From assembly GCA_964385625.1 (NCBI GenBank), contig CAYLPS010000004.1, positions 6,407-70,406 of the forward strand: a stretch of DNA of 64,000 bases, written 5' to 3'. The position numbers and the translations under genes are program-made. Below the pieces are notes generated by a model. It worked only from the letters and a program-made list of their open reading frames with translations, was not told the DNA's origin and ran no database searches. The DNA comes from an uncultured Anaerolineaceae bacterium (GTDB lineage Bacteria > Chloroflexota > Anaerolineae > Anaerolineales > UBA4823). Shown in pieces: positions 34,788-43,570 of the stretch (positions are counted from its first letter, which is position 1; the number at the start of each line of letters is the position of its first letter).

Positions 34788-34807
34788 TAAGACACGCGAA
34801 CTGCGTG

Positions 34808-34880
34808 TGCCCCCACCCAGATTCGAACTGGGGTTTTAGCCTTGAAAGGGCTGCGTCCTGGTCCCCTAGACGATGGGGGC
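34808..34880 (-). tRNA. tRNA-Glu (anticodon UUC)
   Basis: GCCCCCATCGTCTAGGGGACCAGGACGCAGCCCTTTCAAGGCTAAAACCCCAGTTCGAATCTGGGTGGGGGCA has a 7-bp acceptor stem, D arm GTCT/GGAC, anticodon loop CTTTCAA, and T arm CCCAG-TTCGAAT-CTGGG. CCA is not encoded. Confidence 0.9.
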
Positions 34881-35001
34881 GGGTTCCAAGCGCACGGATT
34901 TTACCATCAGCACTGATTCGGGTCAAGGAAAACTGGACAAAAATGCCACCCTCAAGTAAAATATTGTGCCTTTATTCAGATGGATTATTTGGAGGAACAA
35001 G

Positions 35002-35277
35002 TTGGCCAACACCAAATCTGCAATCAAACGCATCAAGCAAAATCACAAGCGGCGATCACGCAACCGCCTGTTCACCGGCCGGGCACGTACATATATCAAG
35101 CAGGCCCGTTCCACGATCGCCAATGGCACACCCGAAGATGCCCGCACTGCAACCCTCAACGCCATCAGCGCATTGGACAAAGCGGCTGAAAAGGGTATCA
35201 TCCACAAAAACAACGCCGCTCGCCGCAAGAGCCGCCTGATGCACCGGCTTGCCCAAATGGAAAAGCCCGAAGCCTAA
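35002..35277 (+). CDS. rpsT: 30S ribosomal protein S20
   Basis: LANTKSAIKRIKQNHKRRSRN... is a typical S20 sequence. TTG start at 35002 with GGAGG at 34991-34995. Confidence 0.9.
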   Translation: MANTKSAIKRIKQNHKRRSRNRLFTGRARTYIKQARSTIANGTPEDARTATLNAISALDKAAEKGIIHKNNAARRKSRLMHRLAQMEKPEA

Positions 35278-35381
35278 TATTCCTTACTCTGGTCTTGCAT
35301 TGTCTGCAAGGCACTAGCATATTGCATGGTAAATCTCAGCGGGAGTATCAGGAACTCCCGCTTTTTGTTACAATTGGGCAT

Positions 35382-37199
35382 ATGTTTGAGCTTCAACAGC
35401 AGCTTATATCCGATAAAATCCGCTCGTATTGCAGCGAGCATCACCTGCCTCAACCGGGTGAGATCATTTGGAGCCCCATCCCGTTCGCCGGTGAATGGGG
35501 TATCACCACTTCCTTCTTCCAACTCGCTGCCCTGGAAAGTAAAGCGGTAAAGGAAGCCACCGGGCATTCGATCAATGTCTCCCAACGTGCCCAGGAGCTA
35601 TCGATCGCCATCGCCGAATACTTGGGCGATATACCGGGTTTTACACGCCTGGAAGCCGTAAAAGGCTATCTGAACCTATATTTCACTCCGGCTGAATATT
35701 CCCAGCGCCTGGTGGATATGGTGATCGAGCAGGGCGACGATTTTGGGCGTGGTAAGCCCAAGAGAGAGCGAGTGATGATCGAGTATGCCCAGCCCAACAT
35801 GCTTCACTCCTTCCACATCGGCCATTACCGTAATGCCATTCTGGGTGAATCGCTCGCCCGCATTGTGGATTTTGCCGGCTTCGAAACCATCCGAGCCACC
35901 TATCCGGGGGATATCGGCCTGGGCGTCATCACCGTTTTGTGGATCTACCAAAAGTATTACCAGAGATTAGAACCTGAAGGGATTCACGAGCGGGGGCAGT
36001 GGTTACTAAAGATTTATGCCGAAGCCACCGCCATGCTCGAGCCTAAGGAAGGCGAAACACCCGAGCAGAAAGCCCAACGCGAAGCCTATGATACCGAACG
36101 CCGTGAGCTTTACCGCAAATGGAATGAAAAAGATCCCGCAGTACGCGAACTCTGGTTGAAAACCCGCCAGTGGAGCCTGGATGAGCTCAATGACATTTTC
36201 CAGATGCTGGATATCAGGATGGATGTATGGTTCTTTGAAAGCGATGTGGATGAACCCGCCAAGGAGATCGTGGATGAGCTGATCCAGAAAGGCATAGCTG
36301 AAGATGAGCGCCCTCAGGGTGGTCCGGTGATCGTGCACATCGATGAAAAACTTGGGTTACAAAAGGAAAAGTATCATAGCAACATTATTCTGCGTAGCGA
36401 TGGTACCACCCTGTACCTCACCAAAGACCTAGCCCTTGCCAAGATCAAATTCCAAACATACCATGTGGAACGCTCGGTATACGTGGTGGATGTACGCCAG
36501 GGCTTGCACTTGCAACAAGCGTTTAAAATCCTGGAACTGCTTGGTTTCCCGCAGGCTGCTAAATGCTATCACCTGGGATATGGCTTTGTCAGCCTGCCAG
36601 AAGGGGCGATGTCAGCCCGTGAAGGCCGGGTGGTGTTATTCAAAAATGTGGTCGATGAAGCCATCCGCAAGGCTGTTTTGGAAATCGAGAAGATCAATCC
36701 TGACCTGATCGATCAGCAGCGCCAGACAGCTGCCAGGCAAGTTGGCCTGGGCGCGATGGCTTACGCCATGCTGTCCGTCGACAATAATAAGGACATGGTC
36801 TATGATATGCAAGCTGCGCTCAACTTTGATGGACATACCGGGCCGTACATCCAGTACGCCCACGTGCGTGCTAATAGCATAATCAAGAAAAGCGACGGTA
36901 TCCCGCCACAAGCTAATTTCAAATATCCACTCACCAGCCACGAAATCCAGCTGATTGATCTCATGTCACGCTTCCCATCCACCGTTGAGTTAGCAGCCAA
37001 AGAGTACCGCCCATTGATCGTTGCCAATTACGCCTATGAGCTAGCCAGCACGTTCCACAGTTTTTACCACGTGGTCAAGGTCATTCAAACGGAAAACCCG
37101 GGTATACGGGCAGCCAGGCTGCGGCTGGTGGCAGCTGCGCGCCAGACGCTGGCCAATGCATTACAATTGCTGGATATCGAAGCACCACAAGAGATGTAG
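35382..37199 (+). CDS. argS: Arginine--tRNA ligase
   Basis: HIGH-type motif SFHIGHYRNA and a DALR anticodon-binding C-terminus (GPYIQYAHVRANSI). The start was moved to the ATG at 35382 (MFELQQQL). Confidence 0.9.
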   Translation: MFELQQQLISDKIRSYCSEHHLPQPGEIIWSPIPFAGEWGITTSFFQLAALESKAVKEATGHSINVSQRAQELSIAIAEYLGDIPGFTRLEAVKGYLNLYFTPAEYSQRLVDMVIEQGDDFGRGKPKRERVMIEYAQPNMLHSFHIGHYRNAILGESLARIVDFAGFETIRATYPGDIGLGVITVLWIYQKYYQRLEPEGIHERGQWLLKIYAEATAMLEPKEGETPEQKAQREAYDTERRELYRKWNEKDPAVRELWLKTRQWSLDELNDIFQMLDIRMDVWFFESDVDEPAKEIVDELIQKGIAEDERPQGGPVIVHIDEKLGLQKEKYHSNIILRSDGTTLYLTKDLALAKIKFQTYHVERSVYVVDVRQGLHLQQAFKILELLGFPQAAKCYHLGYGFVSLPEGAMSAREGRVVLFKNVVDEAIRKAVLEIEKINPDLIDQQRQTAARQVGLGAMAYAMLSVDNNKDMVYDMQAALNFDGHTGPYIQYAHVRANSIIKKSDGIPPQANFKYPLTSHEIQLIDLMSRFPSTVELAAKEYRPLIVANYAYELASTFHSFYHVVKVIQTENPGIRAARLRLVAAARQTLANALQLLDIEAPQEM

Positions 37200-37270
37200 T
37201 CAGGTATGGTTTTCAAGGAAACCTGCACCAACCTGTTTAAAAATCCAATCTCGAGGAGTATAACCAGTCT

Positions 37271-38590
37271 ATGTCAGCCATCCGTACACTTATCATGGGC
37301 GCCGCCGGGCGCGATTTTCACAACTTCAATGTCTTCTTCCGCAATAACCCCGATTATGAGGTTGTTGCTTTCACCGCCACCCAGATTCCCGATATCGAGG
37401 GGCGCACCTACCCCACCGAGCTGGCCGGTAAGCTGTATCCCAAGGGCATCCCCATTTACGCTGAAAGCGACCTGAACAAACTGATTGGCGAGTACCATGT
37501 GGACCAGGTGATCTTCGCTTATAGCGATGTTCCTCACGAGGTACTGATGCATAAAGCTTCCGCAGTGCTCGCCTCTGGAGCTGATTTCCGCCTGATGGGC
37601 ACTAAGTCTACACAGATTAAGTCCACCAAACCTGTGGTTTCAGTATGTGCAGTGCGCACTGGCTCTGGTAAGAGCCAGACCACGCGGCGAGTATCGCTTA
37701 TCTTGCGCAACATGGGCTACCGGGTCGCTGCCATTCGCCATCCCATGCCATATGGTGACCTGGCTAAACAAGCCGTCCAGCGCTTTGCCGATTATTCTGA
37801 CCTCGATAAGCATGAATGTACAATTGAGGAGCGCGAAGAGTACGAACCTCACCTGGACAACGGGGTCATTGTATATGCCGGCGTGGATTATGAAAAAATC
37901 CTGCGCCAGGCCGAGCAGGAAGTGGACATCGTGCTGTGGGATGGCGGCAATAATGACTTCCCATTTTACGTATCTGACTTGCAAATTGTAGTCGCTGATC
38001 CGCATCGTGCAGGCCATGAACGCAGCTATTATCCCGGTGAAACAAATGTTGATGCCGCAGATGTATTTGTGATCAACAAGGTGGATACCGCCGATCCAGA
38101 AAAAGTGATCATCGTACGCCAGAACCTGCGTATGCTTAACCCCGGCGCGATCGTGATTGAAGCTGCTTCCCCGCTATTTGTTGAAAATCCTGACGCCATC
38201 CACGGGAAACGCGTGCTGGTGATCGAAGATGGCCCTACGCTGACCCATGGTGAAATGGCATACGGGGCAGGCTACGTGGCTGCCCGCCGCTTTGGCGCCG
38301 CGGAGATCGTCGACCCGCGCCCTTTCGCGGTCAAGTCTATCAAAGCCACCTACGAAAAATACCCCAAGACCGGCCCGATCCTGCCCGCCATGGGTTATGG
38401 CGAAGCTCAAACGCGTGACCTGGAAGCCACGATCAACCAAGCCGATGTGGATTTGGTGATTATTGGCACACCTATAGACATGAACCGCGTGATGAAGATC
38501 AATAAGCCCACCCAGCGCGTGCGCTACGAGCTGCAGGAGATCGGCAAACCGACTTTGGAAGATGTTCTAAAAGCAAAATTTGGCAAATAG
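37271..38590 (+). CDS. P-loop NTPase of the predicted-GTPase (COG2403-like) type
   Basis: LIMGAAGRDFHNFN N-terminus and a P-loop VRTGSGKSQTT; 439 aa. Family recalled by eye; function unknown. Confidence 0.5.
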   Translation: MSAIRTLIMGAAGRDFHNFNVFFRNNPDYEVVAFTATQIPDIEGRTYPTELAGKLYPKGIPIYAESDLNKLIGEYHVDQVIFAYSDVPHEVLMHKASAVLASGADFRLMGTKSTQIKSTKPVVSVCAVRTGSGKSQTTRRVSLILRNMGYRVAAIRHPMPYGDLAKQAVQRFADYSDLDKHECTIEEREEYEPHLDNGVIVYAGVDYEKILRQAEQEVDIVLWDGGNNDFPFYVSDLQIVVADPHRAGHERSYYPGETNVDAADVFVINKVDTADPEKVIIVRQNLRMLNPGAIVIEAASPLFVENPDAIHGKRVLVIEDGPTLTHGEMAYGAGYVAARRFGAAEIVDPRPFAVKSIKATYEKYPKTGPILPAMGYGEAQTRDLEATINQADVDLVIIGTPIDMNRVMKINKPTQRVRYELQEIGKPTLEDVLKAKFGK

Positions 38591-38619
38591 TAGACCAGGA
38601 TATTTGAAACCAGGACCAG

Positions 38620-39867
38620 ATGCCCTCGTTAAATTGGGCTTCTAAATTTCTATCCGTACCCTCACCAACCGCCCTGGAGATGGATTCTATCGTCTATCCC
38701 CAGGGCAATGGCTACCCTAATGCCACACCGGTAAATCAGCTGATACTGGGCGAAAACCTGGCCGTGATGGCTGCCCTGCTGCCAGAGTATCGCGGTAGGA
38801 TTAATTTGATCTATGCGGACCCACCCTTTTTCACCAACCGGCGCTATCATGTGCGCATCGGCAGGGGAGAAGATTCACGCCACCCCCAAGATTGGCAGCT
38901 CGAAGAGGGCTATCCAGATCATTGGGCTAACCTCGATGCCTACCTCGACATGCTCTACCCGCGCATCAAATTAATGCACGAATTGCTCGCTCCAACCGGC
39001 ACACTTTACCTGCACCTCGATTGGCACGCTGATGCCTACGCGCGCCTGTTGCTGGATGAGATTTTCGGTGAAGACCGCTTGCTAAATGAGATAATTTGGG
39101 TGTACCACGGCCCATCCCCCATTCGTTCTGCGTTTAACCGCAAGCACGACACAATCCTGGTATATACCAAGAGCGATAAGTATACTTTCAATGTCGATGA
39201 CGTGCGCCAGCCTTATGATCCCATCACAGTGAAAACCTTTGCATCATCATCCAAGGCTGGGTTTGGAAAAATCCCCAACCTGGCCAGGGGCAAAGTACCT
39301 GAAGACTGGTGGTACTTTCCTGTGATCGCCCGCTTGCACTCCGAACGCAGTGGTTACCCAACTCAAAAGCCTGAGGCGCTGCTGGAGCGTATCATCCTGG
39401 CGTCATCCAACCCGGGGGATTTGGTGGCAGATTTTTTCTGCGGTTCTGGAACCACCCCGGTGGTGGCCGCAAAACTCGAGCGCTGTTTCATCGCTAATGA
39501 TATAAGCTTCCGCGCCATCCACACTTCCCGTCTCAGGTTGGTTGGCTCGGTTTCGCCTGCATTCAACATCCGCCAGGCCATGGGGAGCCATCTTGCTGAA
39601 AACGATCCCAGGTTATCTCAATCTACCTCGCTGTTTGTCGACGGCCAATCAGTTCGGCTGCAATCAGAAGATGCCAGGTCAATCGATTACTGGGAAGTAG
39701 ACCCTCACTGGGACGGGAAGCTTTTCCGCAGCGCCCGCCAGGTGATCAGGCCACCCAGGAAAGGTTCCATCAGTAATCACATTTCCCTGCCTGGTTCTAA
39801 TTGTTCGTACACCGTCTGTGCCCGGATAGTCGATATCCACGGCAAAATTCGCATCCTATCGTATTAA
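38620..39867 (+). CDS. Beta-class N4/N6 DNA methyltransferase, no cognate nuclease seen
   Basis: Motif IV DPPF (LIYADPPFF) precedes motif I FFCGSGTT. There is an extra ~110-aa C-terminal region. Confidence 0.8.
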   Translation: MPSLNWASKFLSVPSPTALEMDSIVYPQGNGYPNATPVNQLILGENLAVMAALLPEYRGRINLIYADPPFFTNRRYHVRIGRGEDSRHPQDWQLEEGYPDHWANLDAYLDMLYPRIKLMHELLAPTGTLYLHLDWHADAYARLLLDEIFGEDRLLNEIIWVYHGPSPIRSAFNRKHDTILVYTKSDKYTFNVDDVRQPYDPITVKTFASSSKAGFGKIPNLARGKVPEDWWYFPVIARLHSERSGYPTQKPEALLERIILASSNPGDLVADFFCGSGTTPVVAAKLERCFIANDISFRAIHTSRLRLVGSVSPAFNIRQAMGSHLAENDPRLSQSTSLFVDGQSVRLQSEDARSIDYWEVDPHWDGKLFRSARQVIRPPRKGSISNHISLPGSNCSYTVCARIVDIHGKIRILSY

Positions 39868-39951
39868 ATTAGCTCTATATCGAGAACTGTTATTTAAACA
39901 AAAAACCCGCCTGTACGATAAAGTGGGTGATTTGCTGCAGCGTTGCGACCT

Positions 39952-40608
39952 TTACGCATCCAGCCGGTAGCCCACCCCCCGGATGGTCTTCAAGAATTGC
40001 GGCTGTCGCGGGTTTTCTTCGATGGCCTCGCGCAGCCAGCTGATGTGCACATCCAGGGTACGCGTATCCACGGTGTATTGCGTATCCCAAACCTCCGAGA
40101 ACAGCCTTTGCCGCTCAACCGCTTCCCCGGCGTGCAGCAGTAACACCTGCAACAAGCGATTTAACCTGGGAGTCAGGCGTGCTTCGCGCCCCCGGCAGCG
40201 TACGCGTTTCAGTTCCAAATCCAGGCGGATGTAACCCACGTGCAGGATATTCTTTCCATCGCCTGGCAACAGGGGCGCGATGCGGTTCAGCAACTTTCGC
40301 GAAGTGAAAGGCAGCTCAAGGACAACATTCGCAGAGGTTTCACCCAACGCCTTATGCTCAGGGGAGGTGATCAAAACAATGGGTAATTCAGCAGATTTTT
40401 CACGGATTTCATTGCAGATGCGCTTGCCACTGCTGCGCATCGAGGCAGCGTTGATCACCACCAAGTCCGGGTCAATCTCCACAAGGCGCGCTAGTGCAGC
40501 AGCGCCTGTGGGCACAAGCTCCACCAAGTATTCTTTTTTCCTTAAGGAGGGCACGAAGGATTTATACTCCGTTCGATTTCCCTCCACCCATAAAATCCTA
40601 GCTTTCAT
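39952..40608 (-). CDS. OmpR-family winged-helix regulator with a pseudo-receiver domain
   Basis: C-terminal trans_reg_C (LTPRLNRLLQVLL...TIRGVGYRLDA). The receiver lacks the acidic pair (VEGN), the phospho-Asp (VVINAA) and the conserved Lys (LELPF). Confidence 0.8.
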   Translation of the reverse strand: MKARILWVEGNRTEYKSFVPSLRKKEYLVELVPTGAAALARLVEIDPDLVVINAASMRSSGKRICNEIREKSAELPIVLITSPEHKALGETSANVVLELPFTSRKLLNRIAPLLPGDGKNILHVGYIRLDLELKRVRCRGREARLTPRLNRLLQVLLLHAGEAVERQRLFSEVWDTQYTVDTRTLDVHISWLREAIEENPRQPQFLKTIRGVGYRLDA

Positions 40609-40833
40609 GCATCAATATTCCAATTAATAAAATTACCCTGGGTAAAATAATCCCCTGCGACCTATTAAAAGTGCCAGTATTATACCGTAATCTATTCATC
40701 AAGCAAGATGTTAAAGGATTCTTTTAACAAAATTGCTCTATTCATTCTTTCATCCAGGTTTTACCGAGATCAATTTCTACATTGCTAAACCATGTTACAA
40801 TCATTCCGCGGAGAATATTGCTGGAGGCGTTTT

Positions 40834-41409
40834 ATGTCAGATATGGTAGAAGTTGTTATTGATAGCATCCGCGTTAGCCTGATATCACAACAGCGAATCG
40901 TCATTTTAAGGGAAGTGGGTGCTGACCGATATTTGCCCATCTGGATCGGCATTTATGAAGCGGAAGCTATCGCCTTAGCCCTTCAGGATGTCGAAGTAGC
41001 CCGCCCTCTCACCTGGGATTTATTGAAAAATGTATTCTCTCTTATGGAAGCACAAATCTTGCGCGTTGAAGTGACCTCCCTACATGAAGACACTTATTAC
41101 GGCAATATCGTTGTCGAGCTCGATGGGCGAAATATCGATATTGATTCCCGTCCCTCCGACGCCATTGCTTTGGCAGTCCGCGCTCATGTGCCGATATTGG
41201 TATCGCGCCCCATCCTGGATTCTGTGGGGGTTACCCCCGAGGAAGACATGCAAGAAACTGCTCAAGGGAAAGGCCAAAACGCGGAGACGCCTGCCTCGGA
41301 GGTCAATGAGGAGAATTTATCGGTCTTCAAAGATTTCCTGGAAAATCTTGACATTGACGATGAAGATAAAGGCGACGAAGAAGATAACGGTAAAAAGAAA
41401 AAACTTTAG
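40834..41409 (+). CDS. Bifunctional-nuclease-domain (DUF151/BFN) protein with acidic tail
   Basis: RIVILREVGADRYLPIWIGIYEAEAIALAL...RPLTWDLL pattern. ATG at 40834 follows GGAGG. Confidence 0.7.
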   Translation: MSDMVEVVIDSIRVSLISQQRIVILREVGADRYLPIWIGIYEAEAIALALQDVEVARPLTWDLLKNVFSLMEAQILRVEVTSLHEDTYYGNIVVELDGRNIDIDSRPSDAIALAVRAHVPILVSRPILDSVGVTPEEDMQETAQGKGQNAETPASEVNEENLSVFKDFLENLDIDDEDKGDEEDNGKKKKL

Positions 41410-41492
41410 AAATTTTCAATCTGATTCTTTTTAAGATTGTAATTCGTGATATCCTATAGTTTACACCCAACCGATCAAACTGATGAAGGCCG

Positions 41493-42872
41493 GTGATGAG
41501 CGATTTATTTACCTTTGATGAAACTCCTGCAGCCGCTCCACAGGTGGTGCCGCACAGCCGTGAGGCCGAGGAAGCGGTGTTAGGTGCTGTGTTGATCAAT
41601 CCCGAAGCGTATTATGAGGTCTCATCTTTCCTGCGCCCGGATGATTTTTACCTTCAACGCCATCGCTGGCTTTGGGAAGCTTTCATGCACCTTCATGAAC
41701 AACGCACCCCTATCGATTTCCTCACTGTGGTAGAGGAGCTTGAACAAGCGGGTAAGCTGAACGAGGTTGGTGGGCCTGCTTATGTGTCAACCCTGATCAA
41801 CAACGTGCCTTCTTCACTCCATGCAGAGGCATATGGCCGGATCATTGAGCAAACTGCCATCCGCCGGCGGATGCTGGATGCAGCCAACCAGATCGCCAAG
41901 CTGGCTTACCAGGAGGAAAGCCGCCTCGAGATGGTGATGGATGAAGCTGAAAAAGCCATCTTTGGGGTCAGCGAGCGACGAATGACGCGTGATCTGCAAC
42001 CCATCAGGACGGTATTAAGCGACTACTTGTTCCGTATCGATCAGCTATCAAAACGCGATGAAGAAACTTTTGGCGTGCCCACCGGCTTCATCGACTTGGA
42101 CCGCCTGCTGGGTGGTTTACAACCCTCCGATTTTTTGATCATCGCCGGCAGGCCTGGCACCGGCAAGACTTCTTTTATGCTGTCAGTGGCGAAGAATGCG
42201 GCCCTTATCCACAAGAAACACATCGCTGTTTTTTCCATGGAGATGTCCAACGACCAGCTTGCCCAGCGCCTGATTGCCCAGCAAACCGGCATCGATGCCC
42301 ACCACCTGCGCACCGGCAAGCTTAGCGATGACGAATGGGCGCTGTTCGCCCAGGCCATCGAAGTGCTCAACGATACCTCCATCTTCCTGGATGACACCCC
42401 TGGCCTCACCCCTATCCAGCTGCGCACAAAAAGCCGCCGCCTGCACATGGAGTTCAACCTCGACCTGATCCTGGTGGACTACCTGCAGCTGATGAGCGGC
42501 GGCGTGCGCTCTGAAAACCGCGTCCAGGAAGTATCCTATATCTCGCGCAATATGAAAATCCTGGCACGTGAGCTGAATGTGCCCGTCCTGGCTGCAGCGC
42601 AACTCTCGCGTGCTATCGAGCAACGCACCGACAAGGAGCCCCAGCTTTCCGACCTGCGCGAGTCAGGCAGCCTGGAGCAGGACTCGGATGTGGTAATGTT
42701 CATCCATCGACCCGAATTGTATGAAAAAGATACCCTCAAGCGCCACTTGGTACAGATAAAAATAGCCAAGCACCGTAACGGCCCTATCGGTAATATCGAG
42801 CTCGTTTTCCGAGAGAACATCACCAAGTTTGAAAATGCCGCTACCCAGGTGATTGACCTGCGGAAGATCTAG
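41493..42872 (+). CDS. dnaB: Replicative DNA helicase
   Basis: PHSREAEEAVLGAVLI N-terminal domain, Walker A GRPGTGKTSF, Walker B LILVDYLQLM. Confidence 0.9.
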   Translation: MMSDLFTFDETPAAAPQVVPHSREAEEAVLGAVLINPEAYYEVSSFLRPDDFYLQRHRWLWEAFMHLHEQRTPIDFLTVVEELEQAGKLNEVGGPAYVSTLINNVPSSLHAEAYGRIIEQTAIRRRMLDAANQIAKLAYQEESRLEMVMDEAEKAIFGVSERRMTRDLQPIRTVLSDYLFRIDQLSKRDEETFGVPTGFIDLDRLLGGLQPSDFLIIAGRPGTGKTSFMLSVAKNAALIHKKHIAVFSMEMSNDQLAQRLIAQQTGIDAHHLRTGKLSDDEWALFAQAIEVLNDTSIFLDDTPGLTPIQLRTKSRRLHMEFNLDLILVDYLQLMSGGVRSENRVQEVSYISRNMKILARELNVPVLAAAQLSRAIEQRTDKEPQLSDLRESGSLEQDSDVVMFIHRPELYEKDTLKRHLVQIKIAKHRNGPIGNIELVFRENITKFENAATQVIDLRKI

Positions 42873-42874
42873 CC

Positions 42875-43570
42875 ATGACCTTTCAAGGTTTTCCTGAAGA
42901 AGGCACTACTCAGATACGCATACCAGAGCAGTTCTTTAGGCATATTTTGCTCGATATCAGCAATCTGAATGAACTCAAGCTCACCCTGTATATTTTCTGG
43001 CGCTTGGAGGGCATGGAAGGACCCTTTCGTTACCTGCGCTTCAGTGACTTGATGAATGATTCCCGTTTGGTGGAATCGATAGCGCGAGATGCAGAAAAAG
43101 CACGCTCCGCCATGGAAACTGCCTTGAACCGGGCGGTGAAGCACGGCGCAATCTTGCAAGCAGAGATTATCAAAAATAAAGAGAAGGATAAGATCATTTG
43201 CTTAAACTCACCCAGGGGTCGGGCGGCCGTAGCAGCCATCAAGAAGGGTGAATGGCGGGTCATTGACCGCTTAAACCAATCCATCGAGATCTATACAGAG
43301 CACCCGAATATTTTCCAGCTATACGAAGCCAATATCGGACCGCTTACACCCCTGATGGCAGATACCCTACGGGATGCAGAAAAGACCTACCAGGCCGATT
43401 GGATCGAGGATGCCTTTCGCATCGCCGTGGAGCATAACAAGCGTAACTGGCACTACATTGAGGCAATCCTACGGCGCTGGCAGGATGGAGGACGTAATGA
43501 CCGAAAAGATCAGCAGGATCGATACAACCCTGAAGAAGCTCGGCGAAAATACAGAGAATGGGAAAAATGA
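42875..43570 (+). CDS. DnaD-domain replication initiation/primosome protein
   Basis: C-terminal IFQLYEANIGPLTPLMADTL...AVEHNKRNWHYIEAILRRW matches the DnaD/DnaB_2 domain pattern. Confidence 0.7.
   Translation: MTFQGFPEEGTTQIRIPEQFFRHILLDISNLNELKLTLYIFWRLEGMEGPFRYLRFSDLMNDSRLVESIARDAEKARSAMETALNRAVKHGAILQAEIIKNKEKDKIICLNSPRGRAAVAAIKKGEWRVIDRLNQSIEIYTEHPNIFQLYEANIGPLTPLMADTLRDAEKTYQADWIEDAFRIAVEHNKRNWHYIEAILRRWQDGGRNDRKDQQDRYNPEEARRKYREWEK

Larger units (their letters stand above)
6320..34807. mobile_element. Integrated mobile element (about 28 kb) beside tRNA-Glu; exact ends not determined
   Basis: The flanks are metabolic and housekeeping genes. The interior holds serine and tyrosine recombinases, an excisionase-like HTH next to the tRNA 3-prime end, replication, partition and TraB/FtsK-type transfer genes, and defence cargo. 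G+C is heterogeneous. Confidence 0.6.

Noticed and set aside
43374-43496. ORF-track start (43374) of the tandem DnaC-like gene
   Set aside because: It would overlap the DnaD-domain gene by about 200 nt with an Arg/Ser/Thr-rich peptide. ATG 43497 (GGAGGA upstream) or 43584 is more plausible.
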